DNA of 58,379 bases from an uncultured bacterium (GTDB lineage: Bacteria; CAIJMQ01): contig CAIJMQ010000043.1 in NCBI GenBank assembly GCA_903821905.1, positions 1-58,379 on the forward strand, in the 5' to 3' direction. Position 1 is the first letter of the stretch; each line of letters begins with the position of its first letter. This document shows positions 1 to 8,852 of the stretch, one piece after another. The position numbers and the translations under genes are program-made. The notes beneath the pieces are model-generated. The model saw only the letters and a list, made by a program, of their open reading frames with translations, ran no database searches and was not told the origin of the DNA.

Positions 1-61
1 ACATTAAAACCTCTAATCTGGATGAGTGAGAAGTTGATAGAATAGATATATATTAGACTAA

Positions 62-104
62 CAAAAAGGCGGGGTTGATTAATCTTCCCCGCCTTTTCTA
101 TTTT
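62..104. terminator. Rho-independent terminator-like hairpin (GGCGGGG-12 nt loop-CCCCGCC) with an upstream A-run and a downstream T-run
   Basis: 7-bp GC-rich stem at 68-74/87-93 followed by TTTTCTATTTT. The A-tract on the other side suggests it may work bidirectionally. Confidence 0.55.
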
Positions 105-180
105 GATAGCAGGCGTTAGATTGTGGTATTATGTTTTTGATCGGAACGCAGATGAATGCGTGACGATTACCCCACAGAGT

Positions 181-198
181 ATCCCGAAATTTTCGGGA
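181..198. promoter_or_regulatory. Perfect 18-bp palindrome ATCCCGAAATTTCGGGAT about 80 nt upstream of rsmA. Candidate operator or protein-binding site
   Basis: Exact dyad symmetry with no loop, read directly from the sequence. Confidence 0.35.
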
Positions 199-276
199 TG
201 TCTTACGTTGCGGGGGTTCATCTAAGAAAAGAAACCTGGTGTTTTAGCGCGGGAGTATTAATAATTTTATATTCTA

Positions 277-1140
277 ATGCCTAAATTAAACAAACCAATT
301 ATAGATTTAGCTACTCCTACTCAAGTTAAAAATTTCTTAGTAGAAAGAGGTTTAAGTCCTCGGAAATTTTTGGGTCAGCATTTTTTAGTTGATAAAAATA
401 TACTGAAAAAGATAATTGAAACTGCAGAAATAAAAGAAGGAGAAAAAGTCCTTGAGATAGGTTCAGGCATTGGTACGTTGACTCTTGCTTTGGCTTGCGA
501 AGGCGCCGATGTGGTAACTATAGAAAAAGACGAAGGGGCGGTTTCTTTATTAAGAGAGCTCGCCGTCTCTTATCCTAATGTCAAAATAATCAGTGGCGAT
601 GTTCTCAAGCTTGACCTAAAAACTGTCTTGAAAGAATCTCCTGTCTGGAAAGTTGTTTCCAACCCTCCCTACAGTATAGTATCACCGATTCTTTTTAAAT
701 TAGTTTCGCTCAAAGAAAAATTCTCGTCTATTGTGCTTATGCTTCAGAGAGAATTTGCAGAACGTCTTATGGCACAACCTGGCAGTAAAAACTATTCCTT
801 TTTGAGTATAAAAATGCAGTACCACATGGATATTGAAATAATCCATAAGGTTTCAAGGAGGGTCTTCTTCCCTGTGCCTAATGTGGATTCTGCCATTGTG
901 GTGCTTAAACCTCGCAAAACTTTAAAGGTGAAGGTTTCTAATGAAGAACTTTTCTTTAAAATAGCAGATGCAATGTTCAGAATGAGGAGAAAAAATCTTA
1001 AGAATTCACTAGAACCATTAAATTTTCCCGTGGACTTCTATGAAAAATCTCCCATTGATTTAACAAGGCGGGGGGAAACACTTTCTTTAGAAGAGATAGG
1101 AATATTAACCGACTTCATAAATGGAAAAATTAAAAAATAA
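277..1140 (+). CDS. rsmA: 16S rRNA (adenine1518/1519-N6)-dimethyltransferase RsmA/KsgA
   Basis: GQHFLVD motif, SAM-binding LEIGSGIGTLT and VSNPPY motifs; 287 aa. Confidence 0.9.
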   Translation: MPKLNKPIIDLATPTQVKNFLVERGLSPRKFLGQHFLVDKNILKKIIETAEIKEGEKVLEIGSGIGTLTLALACEGADVVTIEKDEGAVSLLRELAVSYPNVKIISGDVLKLDLKTVLKESPVWKVVSNPPYSIVSPILFKLVSLKEKFSSIVLMLQREFAERLMAQPGSKNYSFLSIKMQYHMDIEIIHKVSRRVFFPVPNVDSAIVVLKPRKTLKVKVSNEELFFKIADAMFRMRRKNLKNSLEPLNFPVDFYEKSPIDLTRRGETLSLEEIGILTDFINGKIKK

Positions 1141-1146
1141 ATTTAA

Positions 1147-2895
1147 ATGAAAGAAAAGCGTTGGGAAATAAAACCGTTTGAACCGTTCCTTTCAGGTAAA
1201 ATTTCAAGTGTATTAGGAATTTCTCCTTGGACTGCGCAACTATTGATAAACCGAGGCAGTAAAACACCGGAAGAAGCAGGAATATTTTTACGCGGCGAGC
1301 TTTCTCAGCTTCATTCTCCTTATCTTCTGAATGGGATAGAAGAAGCTTCTAAAAGAGTTTTTAGAGCAATAAAAGATGACGAGAAAATTCTTGTATACGG
1401 AGATTATGATGTTGACGGAATAACGTCAATGTGTTTATTGATTCTTACTTTAAGACAACTCGGTGCCAAAGTTTCCTATTATTTACCTCACAGAGTGAAG
1501 GAAGGATATGGATTAAATCTTGAAGCCATACAGAAAGCGGAGAAGGACGGTATAAATCTTATAATAACATGCGATTGTGGTATGGATGGATATAAAGAAG
1601 TTTCAATGGCAAAACAGAAGGGAATAGATACCATAATTGTTGACCACCATAAAGCCGGTGATAAAATCCCGCCCGCAGTAGCTGTAATAAACCCCAAAGT
1701 TTGTTCTTATCCTTTCAAGGAACTTGCCGGTGTTGGAGTTGTATTCAAGTTTGTCCAGGTATTGCAGGAACAAAAAAACTGTATTGACCTCGAGCAAAAC
1801 CTTGACTTGGTTGCACTTGGTACGGTCAGTGATGTGGTCCCCATAGTAGATGAAAATAGGATTCTGGTAAAACACGGGTTAAATGTCCTTGATGCTTCTT
1901 CAAGAGTAGGTATAAATATGCTGAAGAAAACCGCTGGGCTTAAAAATAAAAAGATTACAATATATGATATTGCTTTCATTTTGGGGCCACGCCTTAATGC
2001 TGGAGGGCGCATGGATAGTGCAGAGAAGTGCGTAGAGATGCTTTTAAGTCAAACGGAAGAAGAAGCCTCCAGAATAGCTTCTTTGTTGGAAGAAGATAAT
2101 AAAAAAAGACAGAAAATACAAGAAGAGATTTGTCAAAATGCAATAAAGATGGTGGAAGAAAATTCCAGTTTAAATGAGGATAGAGTTCTCATTCTTGCCC
2201 GCGAGGGTTGGCATTCGGGTGTAATTGGTATAGTTGCTTCCCGTCTTGTCGAAAAGTTCTCCAGACCGGTTATTTTAATCTCTTTAGATAAAGGTATAGG
2301 CAGAGGTTCTGGACGCAGTATAGGAGATTTTAACCTGTTTGAACATCTTCATAAGTCGAAAGAATGGCTCACTGATTTCGGTGGGCATAAATATGCATGT
2401 GGATTAGAAGTCTCAGAAGATAATATAAAACCATTCAGAATCCGGATGAACGAATTAGCAAAACAGTTACCTATGGAGGAGTTTACTTCTTCATTGATAG
2501 CAGATGCTTGTATATCATTGGATATTCTTACAACACCCTTAGTAAAAGAATTCCAGATTCTCTCTCCTTTTGGTTTGGGTAACGAAGAGCCGGTCTTTAT
2601 AAGCAAAAATCTTCAGGTAATGACTGAACCAAAGCAAATCGGTAAAAACCATATCAAGTTTTGGATAAAATATAATAATTACCATAGAGAGGTAATTGGT
2701 TTTGGTAAGGGAGAATATCTGAGTATCTTAAAAAAACAAGACATAGTGGATTTAGCATATACTCCTCAGATTGATATGTGGGAAAACAGGAATTCCGTAA
2801 TACTTAAAATGGAAGACATAAGAATAAAAAGTAGAGATGACGTAAACCGAGATTATGTTAAAATACAAAAACCTTATACGCTGAAAACTTTCTAA
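1147..2895 (+). CDS. recJ: Single-stranded-DNA-specific exonuclease RecJ
   Basis: DHH family motifs (YGDYDVDGITS, IITCDCG, IVDHH) and a DHHA1 region; 582 aa. Confidence 0.9.
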   Translation: MKEKRWEIKPFEPFLSGKISSVLGISPWTAQLLINRGSKTPEEAGIFLRGELSQLHSPYLLNGIEEASKRVFRAIKDDEKILVYGDYDVDGITSMCLLILTLRQLGAKVSYYLPHRVKEGYGLNLEAIQKAEKDGINLIITCDCGMDGYKEVSMAKQKGIDTIIVDHHKAGDKIPPAVAVINPKVCSYPFKELAGVGVVFKFVQVLQEQKNCIDLEQNLDLVALGTVSDVVPIVDENRILVKHGLNVLDASSRVGINMLKKTAGLKNKKITIYDIAFILGPRLNAGGRMDSAEKCVEMLLSQTEEEASRIASLLEEDNKKRQKIQEEICQNAIKMVEENSSLNEDRVLILAREGWHSGVIGIVASRLVEKFSRPVILISLDKGIGRGSGRSIGDFNLFEHLHKSKEWLTDFGGHKYACGLEVSEDNIKPFRIRMNELAKQLPMEEFTSSLIADACISLDILTTPLVKEFQILSPFGLGNEEPVFISKNLQVMTEPKQIGKNHIKFWIKYNNYHREVIGFGKGEYLSILKKQDIVDLAYTPQIDMWENRNSVILKMEDIRIKSRDDVNRDYVKIQKPYTLKTF

Positions 2896-3010
2896 ATAGC
2901 TCCAGAAATTAACAATTTGCTCAATAGTAAAAATGGTTAAAGATAGAGAAATTAAATTCCAATATAAACCTTTCAAGTGGGAAAATCGTAGCTCTAACTA
3001 AAAATATATT

Positions 3011-4024
3011 ATGGAAATAATGAAAGCGCAGGTTTTTTATTCTTCTTCTCATATAAAGTATGAGGATATTTCTGTCCCACAGATTACAGATGATGAAATT
3101 CTTGTAAAAGTAAAAATATGTGGCCTATGCGGAACAGATATGTACAAAATACAACAGGAATCGGTTCAATCAGGTTCTATATTGGGACATGAGGTCGTTG
3201 GAGTAATCGAAAAACAAGGTAAAAATGTTTATCATTTAAACATTGGTCAAAGAGTATTCGTAAGTCATCACACGCCCTGTTTTTCCTGTAAATACTGTAA
3301 GCACGGTACTTTTTCTCTGTGTTCTCTTTTCAAGAGCACGAACATTTATCCCGGCGGTTTCGCGGAATTTATAAAAGTCCCCAAAGATTTAGTAAAAAAT
3401 AATGTAATACCATTACCAGATTCTTTAAGCGATGAGGAAGCGGTATTAATTGAACCTTTTGCTTGTGTCTGGAGAAATATCAAGAGAATCCAGATTGATA
3501 CTGAAGACATAGTAACAATAATCGGAGCCGGTCCTTCAGGGCTTATGCATCTTATTCTTTTAAAAACTATAGGAGTAAAAAGAGTCCGCTTGGTTGATAT
3601 TGTAGATTCGAGGCTCCAATTTGCTAAAAAATTGGGCGCAGAAGATACGCTTAATGTAAAGAATGAGAAAATAGATAAATTCAAAGATTCGGATGTGGTT
3701 ATCGTGAATGCCGGCAACAAAGATGCAGTCCAGGAAGCATTAGATATAGTAAGAGTTGGCGGGAAGATAAGCATATTTGCGCAAGTCCCTGACAAGACAA
3801 AAGTCCAACTTGACCCCAATCTCATATATCACGAGACACTGATTTTAGGAACTTACTCATCTACTCCTATAGAACAGAAAGAAATATTTGATATGTTTGT
3901 AAACGGCAAGTTGAAAGATGCCACTTCCATTATCAGCCACCGTCTGCCGTTGAAGGATTTCCAGAAGGGCTTGAAACTTGCAACAGAAGCCAAAAATTCC
4001 TGCAAGATTATTTTTTATCCCTAA
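3011..4024 (+). CDS. Zinc-dependent medium-chain dehydrogenase (threonine/sorbitol dehydrogenase-like)
   Basis: Catalytic Zn motif CGLCGTD...GHEVVG, structural Zn site CFSCKYCKHG, Rossmann motif GAGPSG; 337 aa. Confidence 0.8.
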   Translation: MEIMKAQVFYSSSHIKYEDISVPQITDDEILVKVKICGLCGTDMYKIQQESVQSGSILGHEVVGVIEKQGKNVYHLNIGQRVFVSHHTPCFSCKYCKHGTFSLCSLFKSTNIYPGGFAEFIKVPKDLVKNNVIPLPDSLSDEEAVLIEPFACVWRNIKRIQIDTEDIVTIIGAGPSGLMHLILLKTIGVKRVRLVDIVDSRLQFAKKLGAEDTLNVKNEKIDKFKDSDVVIVNAGNKDAVQEALDIVRVGGKISIFAQVPDKTKVQLDPNLIYHETLILGTYSSTPIEQKEIFDMFVNGKLKDATSIISHRLPLKDFQKGLKLATEAKNSCKIIFYP

Positions 4025-4053
4025 AATCTCATTAAGAATAGAAAGGAGTTTAT

Positions 4054-4326
4054 ATGGATTGGAGAGTATTTTTAGCAACTTTTAGCGCAGTATTTGTGGC
4101 GGAGCTTGCAGATAAAACACAACTTGTTGGCATTGGGATGACGGCAAAAACAGGTAAACCTGTTACAGTATGGTTTGGTTCTGTTGCAGCATATATGGTT
4201 GTTACTATTATATCTGTTTTAATCGGAGCTACTTTGGGAAAGTTCCTCAAACCGGAATTTATAAGATATGGCGGAGGATTAGTATTTATCGTGATGGGAA
4301 TTTTATTGTTTATGGGAAAACTTTAA
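4054..4326 (+). CDS. UPF0016 (GDT1/TMEM165-like) single-repeat membrane protein. Putative Ca2+/Mn2+/H+ transporter half-unit
   Basis: E-x-G-D-K-T-type signature ELADKTQ in TM1; 3 predicted TM helices; 90 aa. Confidence 0.7.
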   Translation: MDWRVFLATFSAVFVAELADKTQLVGIGMTAKTGKPVTVWFGSVAAYMVVTIISVLIGATLGKFLKPEFIRYGGGLVFIVMGILLFMGKL

Positions 4327-4369
4327 TGAGGGATATAAGCGTAAATTCAATTAATTTCCTTAATTCTAA

Positions 4370-6349
4370 TTATTTTTCTTTATTAATTAGCTGTTCAAGG
4401 GCACCCTTAATGGCTTGTTTTGTAAGTTTATCTTGCAGATTTTCCTTTGGCTCGGAAAGAGTTCCTGATATTTTAAAATCTATCCCACACCATTTATCAT
4501 CTTCTTTAGTGAATGCCCCACTCAAGAATCCCACCTTTTCAACTACATTACAACTTAATGAAAGGTGTGATGGCAAAGATAATTTCTGGTTTGAAATTTT
4601 TATTGTACCTTTACTGTCAAAATTTATGAGTTTAGGGTCTTCTACATGCGCTTTCTGAATATTGACTTCGCCATTTTCTATTGTAGATGAAACCTGAGCG
4701 GATACAAAATTGATTGAAGAAAGAGAAGGCATTTGTAGAGCTAAAGCTAAAAGATTTTGTATCGGATGAGAAGAAATTTTACCATCCCTAAACGTAAAAT
4801 CTGTGGTACCTGTAAGTGCGTTGATATCATTACCTCTACCTTGTAGTTTTATGTTTCCTTCTGCTTTACCGGTAATGAATGTTTTACCTGTTAATTCCTT
4901 CATGGCATCTTTTGCATCGATGTTCGATAAATTCATTGTTGTAGAAAAATTGGGTTCTCCATTTTTACCAAAAGTTATATTGACTTTGCCATTCATAGAC
5001 CCACCGTAAATTTTGGAGCTGAAGTTTTCTATATTAATCTCTTTATTTTCTTTTGTTATTATTGCTTTGAAAGGTGCATTAATATCAGTTACATCTCCGA
5101 TTTTCTTTAGAGTAAGTTTCCCGGAAGATATTTTCCCGTCTGATTTTATATCAGATATGTTGCCGATTGCATTGATATTTCCTGCAATTTTGCCTTGAGC
5201 AAGAGAGGGATCTTTACCTAAAACAGTGAGTACAGTACCAGCATCAATATTATTTATATTTAAGGTTACATTAAAACTGGGATTTGTAATATCTGCAAGA
5301 GTGCCTGCTCCTTTTCCTTCTACAGTCCCTCCAAAAACATTCATGTTAAGGGTTTGAATTGTAAAATTGGGATTAGCATAATGTATGTTACTTTTTATCT
5401 GGTCGATTTTTATCTTGTCCTTAACTGTAAGAGAAGGTATTGAAAGTTTTATGTCTGCTCCAGCATTAAGTCCTTGTCCTTTTATAGCAATGTCTGCAGT
5501 TAAAATTCCTTTACAGAGATCTTTCTCATCAGGTAAAAACTGACTTAGTAGTGTTTGTAAATCAATATCCTTTATGGTTATAGTAGCTGTATATTCCGCC
5601 TCTTTATTATCTACCGGGATTGTTGTATTGCCTTCCATTGCAATCGAGCCGCCAGAAAAATGAAGAGAGGTATTATCGAGATATACCATATCTTTAGATG
5701 TCTTAATACTACCTTTTATATCATTTATTGTTGGGAATAAAGATGATTCTATTTCTGCGGCTGAGAGATTAAGATTCATATCGGGGAATGAATTGATACT
5801 GTGAATATTTGCTTTTAATGTAAAGTTCTGGATTGAGATACTTCTGTTTTCTTCCGGTTTTGTGTAAGTCAAATTCCCGCCGATTATCTGGACTTGGTCG
5901 GCTACCAAGGGAATTATTTTTTTCTTTTCTTGTGGTGTTGAAGGGGTTCCTACTGTTATGAGAGGAAAATTCCATGTGCCATCGGCTTTTTGTATAAGAT
6001 GAATGTCGGGATGAATAACTTGTATTTCTTCTATTTTGAAATTCCTGCGGAGTAGTTTATAGAGGTTATATTTTAAGATAATGGTTTCGGTTTTAAGAGA
6101 ATATCCTTCAGGGAACCCTTGCGGATTCTTTATACTGAAACCATCCAATTTGGCTCCAGACATAACATTTACACTGAAATGCTCCATTTCTACAGGTGTA
6201 TTTAAAACCGTCTCGATTCTTCCTATAACAAGTTTTTTGAATTGTTCAGATTTTAAAAAGCTATTAAGTGCAAAGATTGCAATAATCAATAACAACAGAA
6301 TAGATGCAACGATAATTCCGAGAGCCTTGCCTAATTTTTTTATTTTCAT
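4370..6349 (-). CDS. AsmA-family envelope protein
   Basis: N-terminal signal-anchor, long beta-rich repetitive body, AsmA-like C-terminal region; 659 aa. Confidence 0.65.
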   Translation of the reverse strand: MKIKKLGKALGIIVASILLLLIIAIFALNSFLKSEQFKKLVIGRIETVLNTPVEMEHFSVNVMSGAKLDGFSIKNPQGFPEGYSLKTETIILKYNLYKLLRRNFKIEEIQVIHPDIHLIQKADGTWNFPLITVGTPSTPQEKKKIIPLVADQVQIIGGNLTYTKPEENRSISIQNFTLKANIHSINSFPDMNLNLSAAEIESSLFPTINDIKGSIKTSKDMVYLDNTSLHFSGGSIAMEGNTTIPVDNKEAEYTATITIKDIDLQTLLSQFLPDEKDLCKGILTADIAIKGQGLNAGADIKLSIPSLTVKDKIKIDQIKSNIHYANPNFTIQTLNMNVFGGTVEGKGAGTLADITNPSFNVTLNINNIDAGTVLTVLGKDPSLAQGKIAGNINAIGNISDIKSDGKISSGKLTLKKIGDVTDINAPFKAIITKENKEINIENFSSKIYGGSMNGKVNITFGKNGEPNFSTTMNLSNIDAKDAMKELTGKTFITGKAEGNIKLQGRGNDINALTGTTDFTFRDGKISSHPIQNLLALALQMPSLSSINFVSAQVSSTIENGEVNIQKAHVEDPKLINFDSKGTIKISNQKLSLPSHLSLSCNVVEKVGFLSGAFTKEDDKWCGIDFKISGTLSEPKENLQDKLTKQAIKGALEQLINKEK

Positions 6350-6367
6350 TTGTCCTATTGCCTCCCT

Positions 6368-7585
6368 TTATAATATAGAAGTTATTTTTTTATCTTTCAA
6401 TAATTTTTTGTATAAAATATCTATTTGTTTTACCATATATTCAGAGCTGAAAATAGGGTCTACAATTTTTTTACCTTCTTCGCCCATCTTTTTCCTCAAG
6501 TTTTCGTCCTGTAATAGTTTTAGAATACATGAGCTAAGCTGAGAAGATTCGTAATTTTCCCACTCTTTTTCGGGAATAATGGGAGGAGGAATCAGAAAAC
6601 CATTTTCGCCATCTTTTATTATCTCATCTGCTCCATCAATGCTAAACGAGACGACAGGTTTACTACATGCAAAAGCCTGAGGAATTACGCGTGCAAGCCC
6701 TTCTCTTAAAGATACATGGACCACTATGTCCATTATTGATATGTAATCCGGAATTTTTTCGCGTGGAATTAATCCTGCAAAAATGATTTTATCTTCAATC
6801 CCCAATTCTAATGCCTGTTTTGTTAGTTCATCTTTTAATATGCCATCTCCAACAAAAAGAAATTTTACATTGGAGAACTTAGATATTATTTCTTTGGCTG
6901 ATTTGAGCAAAAATCTATGTCCTTTCAGTTCAAAGAGCCTTGCTATTTTACCTATAACCAGTTCATTATCTTTTATACCTAAACTTTCCTTTAAGTCTTT
7001 ATTTTCTTTAACATTTAGGAATTCGTTTAATTCCATACCGCTATATATTGTTAAAAACTTATTAAGGGGAGCAACTTTAGCTGCGTGTGCTTTTCTTGCC
7101 ATGATGTCACATACCGTAATTATTTTATCGGTTGATGGCGCTAAGAGTCTTTCAAGATTTACTGCCCCAAAATTCATAAATTTGTTTTGATACGGGAAAA
7201 AAGGTAGTCCGTGTATGGTATGAATTATAATTGGTACACCAGTTTCTTGTGCTGCTATACGTCCTAAAATTCCAGCCTTTGTGGAATGGGTATGAACTAT
7301 ATGATAGCCACTTTTTTTTATTAAAAAATAAAGCTTAAAGAAACTTTTAACGTCCAACCAAGGATGAATATTTCTCCTTAGAGAGTCAACGATAATAAGT
7401 TTTATACCTTTTCTTTTTGCTTCTTCAATCAGCGAACCTTCCGGACCAAGAGGAGGACCAGTTAATAGAGTTACTTCATAATCGCCAATTTTTTGTAATC
7501 CTTCTGCTGTTAGTAGAGTATTCTCTTGGGCTCCACCTAATATTAATCTGGTAATAATATGAAGAACTTTGATTTTACCTCCCAT
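6368..7585 (-). CDS. Glycosyltransferase family 4 (group 1)
   Basis: N-terminal GGAQ-type GT-B fold start and a C-terminal E-x7-E region (REGLARVIPQAFA...ENGFL); 405 aa. Confidence 0.8.
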   Translation of the reverse strand: MGGKIKVLHIITRLILGGAQENTLLTAEGLQKIGDYEVTLLTGPPLGPEGSLIEEAKRKGIKLIIVDSLRRNIHPWLDVKSFFKLYFLIKKSGYHIVHTHSTKAGILGRIAAQETGVPIIIHTIHGLPFFPYQNKFMNFGAVNLERLLAPSTDKIITVCDIMARKAHAAKVAPLNKFLTIYSGMELNEFLNVKENKDLKESLGIKDNELVIGKIARLFELKGHRFLLKSAKEIISKFSNVKFLFVGDGILKDELTKQALELGIEDKIIFAGLIPREKIPDYISIMDIVVHVSLREGLARVIPQAFACSKPVVSFSIDGADEIIKDGENGFLIPPPIIPEKEWENYESSQLSSCILKLLQDENLRKKMGEEGKKIVDPIFSSEYMVKQIDILYKKLLKDKKITSIL

Positions 7586-7591
7586 TCTATA

Positions 7592-8851
7592 TTAGAGAAG
7601 TACTAAACGAGGGGGGATGGATTCTCCCTGTACAAGGTCTAAGTATGACTCTCTTCTTCTGATTAAGTAACATTTAGAATTATCGATAAGTATTTCTGCG
7701 GGTCGTGTATGAGAATTATAATTTGAAGACATACTGAAACTGAAAGCACCAGTGCTCATAATAACGAGATAATCACCCTGTTTAAAAGGTGGCAATTCTC
7801 TACTTTTTGCAAAAAAGTCAGTATTTTCGCAGATAGGTCCAACAACATCTGCTACAATAGTTCCCTCTTTCTGTTCTTCGGGGAGAATCTCATGATATGA
7901 CCCGTAAAGAGCAACCCTAACTAAACTATTCATGCCTGCATCCACTATTATGAAATTTTTATCTTCGCTTATCTTTGTGTACAAAACTTTAGTTACGAGT
8001 ATGCCGGCATTACCTACGATAAAACGCCCTGGCTCTATAATCAATTTACATCCCGTTTTCTCTATAAGCGGCAGAATTGTTTTTGCCAGTTGATTAGGAG
8101 TAGGCGGGATTTCATCTTTGTAAGTTATCCCTATACCTCCGCCGATATTTAGCCACTGGATAGAAAAATTCGCTTTTTTCAATTCGTCAATAAAATCAAC
8201 CATTTTTCTTACTGCTTCTTCATATGGTTTTAGAGAAATTATCTGTGAGCCGATATGCATATGCAGACCTTCAATTTTTATATTTTTGTAATTGGGTTGT
8301 TTTAAGAATATTTCTTTTGCTTGAGCAAATGATAGCCCGAATTTTGTTCCTTTCTTTCCCGTGGCAATATGACTATGTGTGTGTGGGTCTATCCCGGGAT
8401 TTATCCTCAATGCTATAGACACTTCTTTTTTCTTCTGTTTGCCGATTTTATCTATTGCTTCAAGTTCCTGCTCGGATTCAACATTTATGAGAAATATACC
8501 AGCATCTATCGCTTCTTCTAATTCTTTTGTTGTTTTCCCGACCCCTGCATATACAATTTTTTGGGGGTCTGTTCCGGCTTTTAATGCTCTAAATAATTCT
8601 CCGCCTGACACGATATCGATTCCCCATCCTTTTTTTGCCATAATAGCGAGAATGCTTAAATTGGAATTGTCTTTCATAGAGTAACAGAAGAGGTGAGGAT
8701 AATCTTTAAATGCTTCATTGAAAAGTTCCAAATTATTATTGATTGTTGCGGAAGAATAAATGTATACGGGCGTTCCTATCTTTTCAGCTATTTCTTTCAC
8801 GGAAATATCTTCACAGTGAAGATGACCGTTTTTAAAATCGAAATGGTTCAT
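7592..8851 (-). CDS. lysA: Diaminopimelate decarboxylase
   Basis: PLP-dependent fold-III decarboxylase motifs (YSMKDNSN, GGGIGI, ICENTD); 419 aa. Confidence 0.9.
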   Translation of the reverse strand: MNHFDFKNGHLHCEDISVKEIAEKIGTPVYIYSSATINNNLELFNEAFKDYPHLFCYSMKDNSNLSILAIMAKKGWGIDIVSGGELFRALKAGTDPQKIVYAGVGKTTKELEEAIDAGIFLINVESEQELEAIDKIGKQKKKEVSIALRINPGIDPHTHSHIATGKKGTKFGLSFAQAKEIFLKQPNYKNIKIEGLHMHIGSQIISLKPYEEAVRKMVDFIDELKKANFSIQWLNIGGGIGITYKDEIPPTPNQLAKTILPLIEKTGCKLIIEPGRFIVGNAGILVTKVLYTKISEDKNFIIVDAGMNSLVRVALYGSYHEILPEEQKEGTIVADVVGPICENTDFFAKSRELPPFKQGDYLVIMSTGAFSFSMSSNYNSHTRPAEILIDNSKCYLIRRRESYLDLVQGESIPPRLVLL

Positions 8852-8852
8852 T

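Noticed and set aside
100-276. Possible tRNA or SRP/6S RNA in the 5' non-coding region
   Set aside because: There is no cloverleaf, no GTTCRANYC T-loop-like motif, and no match to the SRP RNA motifs I know. I treat it as regulatory DNA instead.
3346-3825. 159-aa ORF antisense to the Zn-dehydrogenase gene
   Set aside because: It lies entirely within a well-supported CDS on the opposite strand and has no recognisable motifs. It is a typical antisense open frame.
4170-4658. 162-aa plus-strand ORF overlapping the UPF0016 gene and the AsmA 3' end
   Set aside because: It is out of frame with the convincing UPF0016 CDS and antisense to the AsmA gene.
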